From Fibrobacteria bacterium (GTDB lineage: Bacteria > Fibrobacterota > Fibrobacteria > UBA11236), in assembly GCA_041746255.1 (NCBI GenBank), contig JBGTHM010000023.1, positions 1-64,000 of the forward strand: a stretch of DNA of 64,000 nucleotides, written 5' to 3'. The notes beneath the pieces were generated by a model. That model saw only the letters and a program-made list of their open reading frames with translations. It did not search any database and was not told the origin of the DNA. The stretch's first letter is position 1. The number at the start of each line of letters is the position of its first letter. This document shows, one piece after another, positions 59,152-64,000 of this stretch. The position numbers and the translations under genes are program-made.

Positions 59152-61863
59152 TCAAGGTGTAGGCACGTTGATAATGGTGTTAACCAAGGTCACCGAAGCG
59201 GTCAGACTCATAGCCCGACCATCAAGTGTGGTTATCGCGTTGTTGCCGACCGTGGAAAAGGACACACCCGAATGAGCGATAATGGTTCCCACCATGTTGC
59301 CGCCACCGGCTCCGTTGATGGTTGCCGATCCGCTGCCGCCGGTACCGACCACCCAGAAGACGTTTTTCGCCTGGGCGCCATTGATGAGGTTTACGCTCCG
59401 GGCTCCCAATGGACCCTCCGCGCCGACGGTGAGAGAGCTCGGTATTTGAAAGACGAAACGAGCATTGGGGTTGCCTTTGGCGTCGAGAGTGAGATCGACC
59501 AAGGTGATTTTAAAGGTGCCTCCGGCAGCGGTGTAGGTGCCGGGTTCAAGGGTGAGTCCGCCCAATTCGCCCGCCAGCGGGTCCGGTCCGGGAGGGAGGC
59601 CTTTAAGAAAGTTGAAGGCCGTAGTGGCATCGGCGAGAGCGTCGGTCGCAACCTTGCCCGGAACCGATCCGGCGGGAGCAGTACCCGTATAGATGGTGTC
59701 GCGCACTTCACCGATATTCAAGGGCGTTTCGGTGAAAACATTGTTAGGTGGTAGCGTTGCATCGTGGAATCCGGTTATCAAAGTGGACGATCCCGTAGTT
59801 CCAATGCTTCCATTTACTTTGGTCAATATACCCTGGTTGGTGATACCGGCGCCGCTGCCGATGGTTCCGAAGCGCTCTGCCGTTCTTAGGTTCACCGTAC
59901 TGAAAACCGAGGCGTCGACCGTAAAGCTCCAGGTGGAGGAAAAGGCGCTCGTGCCTGCGCTATTCTTCGCCCGGACGCGCCAGAAATAGGTCTCCCCTTC
60001 GGTCAAGCCGGTCAGCTGGGTTGATTCCCCCGTTATGGTCGAATCGTTGTGGATCAAGGTGGAAAACGCATCGCTAACAGCAACCTGCAGGTGATAAGTA
60101 TCCGCTCCAGTCGCTTCGTTCCAGCTTAAATCAGGGTTCTTCGCGACATCGTCCGCCGAATCGGCTGGGGCATCAAGAATGGGGGCCTGAGGGGCGACCA
60201 CAGCCGCCACGGTGAATTGCCGAACGACCGAATAGGCGCTTGTGCCGCCGATATATTTCGCGTTTACGCGCCAGAAGTAGGTCTTTCCGACGACTAGGCC
60301 GGTCAGGGATTGATTGGTTGCGGTGAGGGTGGAATCTTCGAATACCCGGTCGGCAAACGCGGCTGTCGTATCGACTTGAAGGCGATAAGTGGCTGCTCCG
60401 ACGACGGCGTTCCAATCAAGGGTGGGAGTAACCGAGATATTACCTGCGGAATCGGCAGGGGAAACCAGAACGGGCGCCTTTAGGACGGCAAGCGACAAGA
60501 CCGTAAAGCGCCTGGTCGGCGAGTAGCTGCTCGTGCCGCCGATGTTCTTCGCATTGACGCGCCAGTAATAGGTGGTTCCGACATTCAATCCGGGAACCTC
60601 TCTGGAAGTGGTCGTCAGGGTTGAGTCGTCGAAAACGGTACTCGCGAAAACCGAGCTGGTATCGACCTGTAAGCGATAGGTAGCCGCTCTATCCGAGGCG
60701 TTCCAATCGAGTTCGGAAATGCTTGTGACATTTATTGCGGCATCGGCGGGGGTCTCCAAAGTCGGAGACGGCGGGCTGGCGATGACGGTCGTGAAGGTTC
60801 GCGTGGAATAAGAGCTGGAACCGGCGGCATTCGAAGCATTCACTCGCCAATAGTAGGTGGTACCGGAGGAGAGTCCGATTATCGTCCGCGACGTGCCGAC
60901 GGCGGCGGAATCATAAAATAGGATGCCGGAAAAATTGGAGTTCGTGCTGATTTGGAGTCGGTAAGTTTCCGCACTTGCCGAAGCGAGCCAGCTCATGTTC
61001 AAGGTTGTCGGCTGATTGGCGGAACCGGCCAGTGGCGCAACGAGACTAGGGGATGCGGGTGTGTTGATTACGGTAAAACGCCATACGTCCGAGTAGGCGC
61101 CGGAAGTCCCCGAGTTTTTCGAATTTACGCGCCAGTAATAGGAGGTTCCGGCCGTCAAGCCGCTGAGCTGGTGCGAAGTGTTGGTAAGCGTCGAATCGTC
61201 AAATACCGTGCTGACAAAGCCGGGGCTTTGGGAAACCTGCAGGCGGTATGTGTCGGCGCCCGGAACGGAATTCCAGACCAAAGTAGGATTGAAGGCCAGG
61301 CCGGTGGCCCCTTGGGCAGGAGATACGAGGGTGGGCGTTTCGGGCGCGATGGTCGTGAAGGTCCATACATAGTCGGCCTCGAGGGGAGTACCTACGTGGT
61401 CCCGGACGCCGGTGGTAATTTTTCCGGTATAGGTGCGATCGGAGGCCAGGCCTCCTTCCACCATGAAAAATGCGGTAGTATCGGAATACGATACGATGCC
61501 AGGTATAGTGTCGTTGCCCTGTAGCAGGATGAAGGTGCGGGAATTAATTGACGACGGCCTCATGGGAGTGCTGAAGGTTGCCGAGATAACCTTTACCGAT
61601 GTCATGCCGGCCGCCATGGCCGCGGCGGTTTTGCTTAAAGGCTCATTCGCTCCGCCATCGGAAGGGGATGTGCTGATTACGGTAGGCGGAATGCAGACAG
61701 TGACGATGCCGACGTCCTCTCGCGCACAACCGATAAGCAGGGGCAGGGAAAAGAGGGTTGCCGTGATTACCGCTTTCAGGGATCGAGGGATCGGGAGCGG
61801 ATTCAGGTGGATTTTGGGAAATCGCGTCGTTACTAGCGCCGATTCATTTTGAAAATTCTGCAT
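59152..61863 (-). CDS. Ice-binding-family (DUF3494) lipoprotein adhesin with one Ig-like and five FN3-like repeats
   Basis: Lipobox LIGC; ATFSTPM..YVWTFTT; five YRLQV...TY[YF]WRV repeats; LGGLTLEPGTY, LTLDAKGNPNARFVFQ, LINGAQAKNVFW. Confidence 0.92.
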   Translation of the reverse strand: MQNFQNESALVTTRFPKIHLNPLPIPRSLKAVITATLFSLPLLIGCAREDVGIVTVCIPPTVISTSPSDGGANEPLSKTAAAMAAGMTSVKVISATFSTPMRPSSINSRTFILLQGNDTIPGIVSYSDTTAFFMVEGGLASDRTYTGKITTGVRDHVGTPLEADYVWTFTTIAPETPTLVSPAQGATGLAFNPTLVWNSVPGADTYRLQVSQSPGFVSTVFDDSTLTNTSHQLSGLTAGTSYYWRVNSKNSGTSGAYSDVWRFTVINTPASPSLVAPLAGSANQPTTLNMSWLASASAETYRLQISTNSNFSGILFYDSAAVGTSRTIIGLSSGTTYYWRVNASNAAGSSSYSTRTFTTVIASPPSPTLETPADAAINVTSISELDWNASDRAATYRLQVDTSSVFASTVFDDSTLTTTSREVPGLNVGTTYYWRVNAKNIGGTSSYSPTRRFTVLSLAVLKAPVLVSPADSAGNISVTPTLDWNAVVGAATYRLQVDTTAAFADRVFEDSTLTATNQSLTGLVVGKTYFWRVNAKYIGGTSAYSVVRQFTVAAVVAPQAPILDAPADSADDVAKNPDLSWNEATGADTYHLQVAVSDAFSTLIHNDSTITGESTQLTGLTEGETYFWRVRAKNSAGTSAFSSTWSFTVDASVFSTVNLRTAERFGTIGSGAGITNQGILTKVNGSIGTTGSSTLITGFHDATLPPNNVFTETPLNIGEVRDTIYTGTAPAGSVPGKVATDALADATTAFNFLKGLPPGPDPLAGELGGLTLEPGTYTAAGGTFKITLVDLTLDAKGNPNARFVFQIPSSLTVGAEGPLGARSVNLINGAQAKNVFWVVGTGGSGSATINGAGGGNMVGTIIAHSGVSFSTVGNNAITTLDGRAMSLTASVTLVNTIINVPTP

Positions 61864-62002
61864 AGGGCCTTCCGGTTGAGTGCGAGAAGAGTACCTTCAA
61901 CCGCGGCCTGGACGTATCGTGCTTTGGATTGATTTAAGGATTAATCCCTTAGCCGGAAGGTGACATGCCTCCAGTAAACCGCTAGGGTTCGAAGGTCAGG
62001 TA

Positions 62003-62857
62003 TCAATCGACCGACCCCAGTTTACGCTTCGCTTGATGGTACTGCCGGTCGATAATCCATCTGAGCAGCCAGGGGAAAAACCGGCTGATTCTCCAAAGCA
62101 TTCCCGCCTCTCCCGGCATGATGGCTAGCCGCTTTTTCAAAATACCCTCTACGAAGATTTCGGCGACCTTATTGGCTTTTAATGGCTTCATGCTTTCCGC
62201 CATCAGCGTGCATTCTTTTGGCTTAGTCCTATTCTCAGTCTCATAGCCCGGTGTTTCGGTGTCCGGGGGGTAAAGGACCGAAAAAGTGACATTGCACGGT
62301 TTCAACTCGTGGCGGAGAGCTTCGGTTAACCCTACTATTGCATATTTGGCCGGCGCATACGCTGCATACCCCATGATTCCGAAGAAGCCCATGATGGAGG
62401 AAACATTGGCGATATGCCCTTTTCGCGCAGCTTTGAAATGCGGTAATAGGATCAGGGTGGGAACCAATTGTCCGAAGTAATTTGTTTCCATGCTATTCCG
62501 GAAATCATTCAGTGTCAGGTTTTGGATGTATTGTGGGTAGGCGTAACCTACCAGATTTATCAAGAAATCGGGAGTGCCTTTTCTGGCTATGAATTCGTTC
62601 AAAGCCGGCTTCATCCGATCCATATCGGTAGCGTCACATTTTATTAACTCCACAAATTGGGTGTCCCAACGCAGTAGCCCTCGTATTTCGAAGACGGCCG
62701 ATTCCAAGGATTCCAAACCTCTTCCGATAACGCAAACGCTGCCGCCCAGCAAAACGATTTCCTTAGCGGTTTCTCTACCAATACCTTTGGACCCTCCGCA
62801 AACGACGGCTACCTTGTTTCTGAAGGGTTGCCTTTTCACCAGATTTTGATTTGCCAT
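62003..62857 (-). CDS. SDR oxidoreductase, 3-ketodihydrosphingosine reductase-like
   Basis: GGSKGIG, YAPAK, YPPDTETPGYETENRTKP. Confidence 0.82.
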   Translation of the reverse strand: MANQNLVKRQPFRNKVAVVCGGSKGIGRETAKEIVLLGGSVCVIGRGLESLESAVFEIRGLLRWDTQFVELIKCDATDMDRMKPALNEFIARKGTPDFLINLVGYAYPQYIQNLTLNDFRNSMETNYFGQLVPTLILLPHFKAARKGHIANVSSIMGFFGIMGYAAYAPAKYAIVGLTEALRHELKPCNVTFSVLYPPDTETPGYETENRTKPKECTLMAESMKPLKANKVAEIFVEGILKKRLAIMPGEAGMLWRISRFFPWLLRWIIDRQYHQAKRKLGSVD

Positions 62858-63153
62858 GACTGCCCTTCGAATGAGTTGATAAATGAGTAATAAAGGAAGG
62901 GTTGATCCGGTAGGATCAAATCCCGGCTAAACGGAAGGGATAGGCCTTGTTGGATGCGGTGCTTTTCAACTGACGCATCGGCAACAACGACGCCCATGGA
63001 AAGGATTTTTCACTGATATTCGAAACGGACGGTCAAGCCGAATACGAAGCACGAAGGGCGGTCGAATCGATTCGGGTCAGAGGGGGCGATTCGATCCGGA
63101 TGGATACCGCGAATAGGTGAAAATCCCTTCGAATCAAGCTATATTCAGCATCC

Positions 63154-63624
63154 ATGCCGTCTTCCAAAACGCTATCCAAGCCTGCTCCCAAAATTACCCC
63201 CAATCCCCAAAGCTTGCAACTGGGACAAAGGAAAACCCAGCAGCGCGACGCCATTCACCACATCATCATTTCCGCCGCGGGACCGTTGACGGTCAATCAG
63301 ATTCACGAAATGTCTCAGCGCGAAATGAAACCCAGAAGCGTCGGCATCGCCACGGTGTACCGCACACTCAACTTGTTGCTGGAAAAAAAGCTTATCCGGG
63401 CGGTGGTGCTACCCAGCGGTGAAACGCGCTATGAGGGCAGCCACCTGGACGTCCATCACCACCATTTTCAGTGTCGGAAGTGCGGTAATGTTTACGATTT
63501 GGACCATTGCCCCGTCCACATACCCGCAAACACCGTCATCGCCGGTGGTTTTAAGGTCGAAGGGCATGAATTGACGCTTTATGGCCTGTGCGGCCCCTGC
63601 CAGCGCCTAAAGCGCAGTAAATAA
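63154..63624 (+). CDS. Fur-family transcriptional regulator
   Basis: TQQR, GIATVYRTL, HHHHFQCRKCG, YGLCGPC. Confidence 0.93.
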   Translation: MPSSKTLSKPAPKITPNPQSLQLGQRKTQQRDAIHHIIISAAGPLTVNQIHEMSQREMKPRSVGIATVYRTLNLLLEKKLIRAVVLPSGETRYEGSHLDVHHHHFQCRKCGNVYDLDHCPVHIPANTVIAGGFKVEGHELTLYGLCGPCQRLKRSK

Positions 63625-64000
63625 ACTCCGCAAAACCAGCTTACCGAAATCGCGGTAATTCGAATTTAAATACGTATTCGGTTCGATCGAACGGATTTTT
63701 TAGCCGCATTGACGCCGATTTTAATGGACGCCTTTTTGGATTGGTTGAACGGCGAGACCAAAACAGACGCAGTATTAAAAGTGGTTCCTGATGTATCTCC
63801 CAGAAAACATTTTCTTTGACAAAGAGGTCTACACCCCGTAAATACCCCGTACCCAAGCATGTTATTCTTCCGTCCCGGAATTAATTTCTTAAAGAATGTG
63901 CTTATAGTCCTACAACCGTGATTTTAACGGGCCTGGTGAAGGTTATTCTTCACCAAAAATCGGGCCTTATCAAAAAAGAGGCATTATGAATCCAATTTTA

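Noticed and set aside
62948..62990. Imperfect hairpin between the SDR and fur (TTGTTG-GATGCG...CGCATC-GGCAACAA)
   Set aside because: Single copy with no riboswitch consensus recognised, so a function cannot be supported.
63986..64000. Possible gene start (MNPIL) after an AGAGG RBS
   Set aside because: Only five codons lie inside the window, too little to call.

Overview
Gene-dense bacterial chromosomal segment, mostly GC-rich with two AT-richer patches (~40.1-44.5 kb, ~46.5-48.3 kb). At least eight secreted proteins carry T9SS/Fibrobacter-like C-terminal tails, which suggests an FCB-group organism, probably Fibrobacterota (inference). Left part: an IS21-like element end cutting a Kelch gene, a TctABC transporter, a YejABE/OppDF peptide ABC operon split by an opposite-strand pair (atypical acyl-CoA dehydrogenase plus hybrid kinase), and a sugar catabolic cluster (PAS-AraC, SDR, DhaKL). 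Middle: secreted beta-propeller/beta-helix proteins, a voltage-gated Na+ channel, a PIG-L/micro-protein/SSS operon, a PilX-like gene, PlsC, NYN and MutS-like genes, and an island with a tail-fibre-like protein, a tyrosinase and a BNR protein. Right part: ExbBD-TonB, a GH5 cellulase, a TonB-dependent receptor with PepSY, an AAA-DUF4143 ATPase, a DUF3494 ice-binding adhesin with an OmpA partner, a KDSR-like SDR and a Fur-family regulator. The best-supported non-coding discovery is a thrice-repeated 21-bp palindrome (AATTGAGACTNANTCTCAATT) upstream of the iron-uptake genes. The best candidates for undescribed systems are the ACAD-kinase pair, the tyrosinase island and the adhesin-OmpA pair. No rRNA, tRNA or CRISPR array was recognised. 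All family calls come from motifs read by eye, not from database searches.
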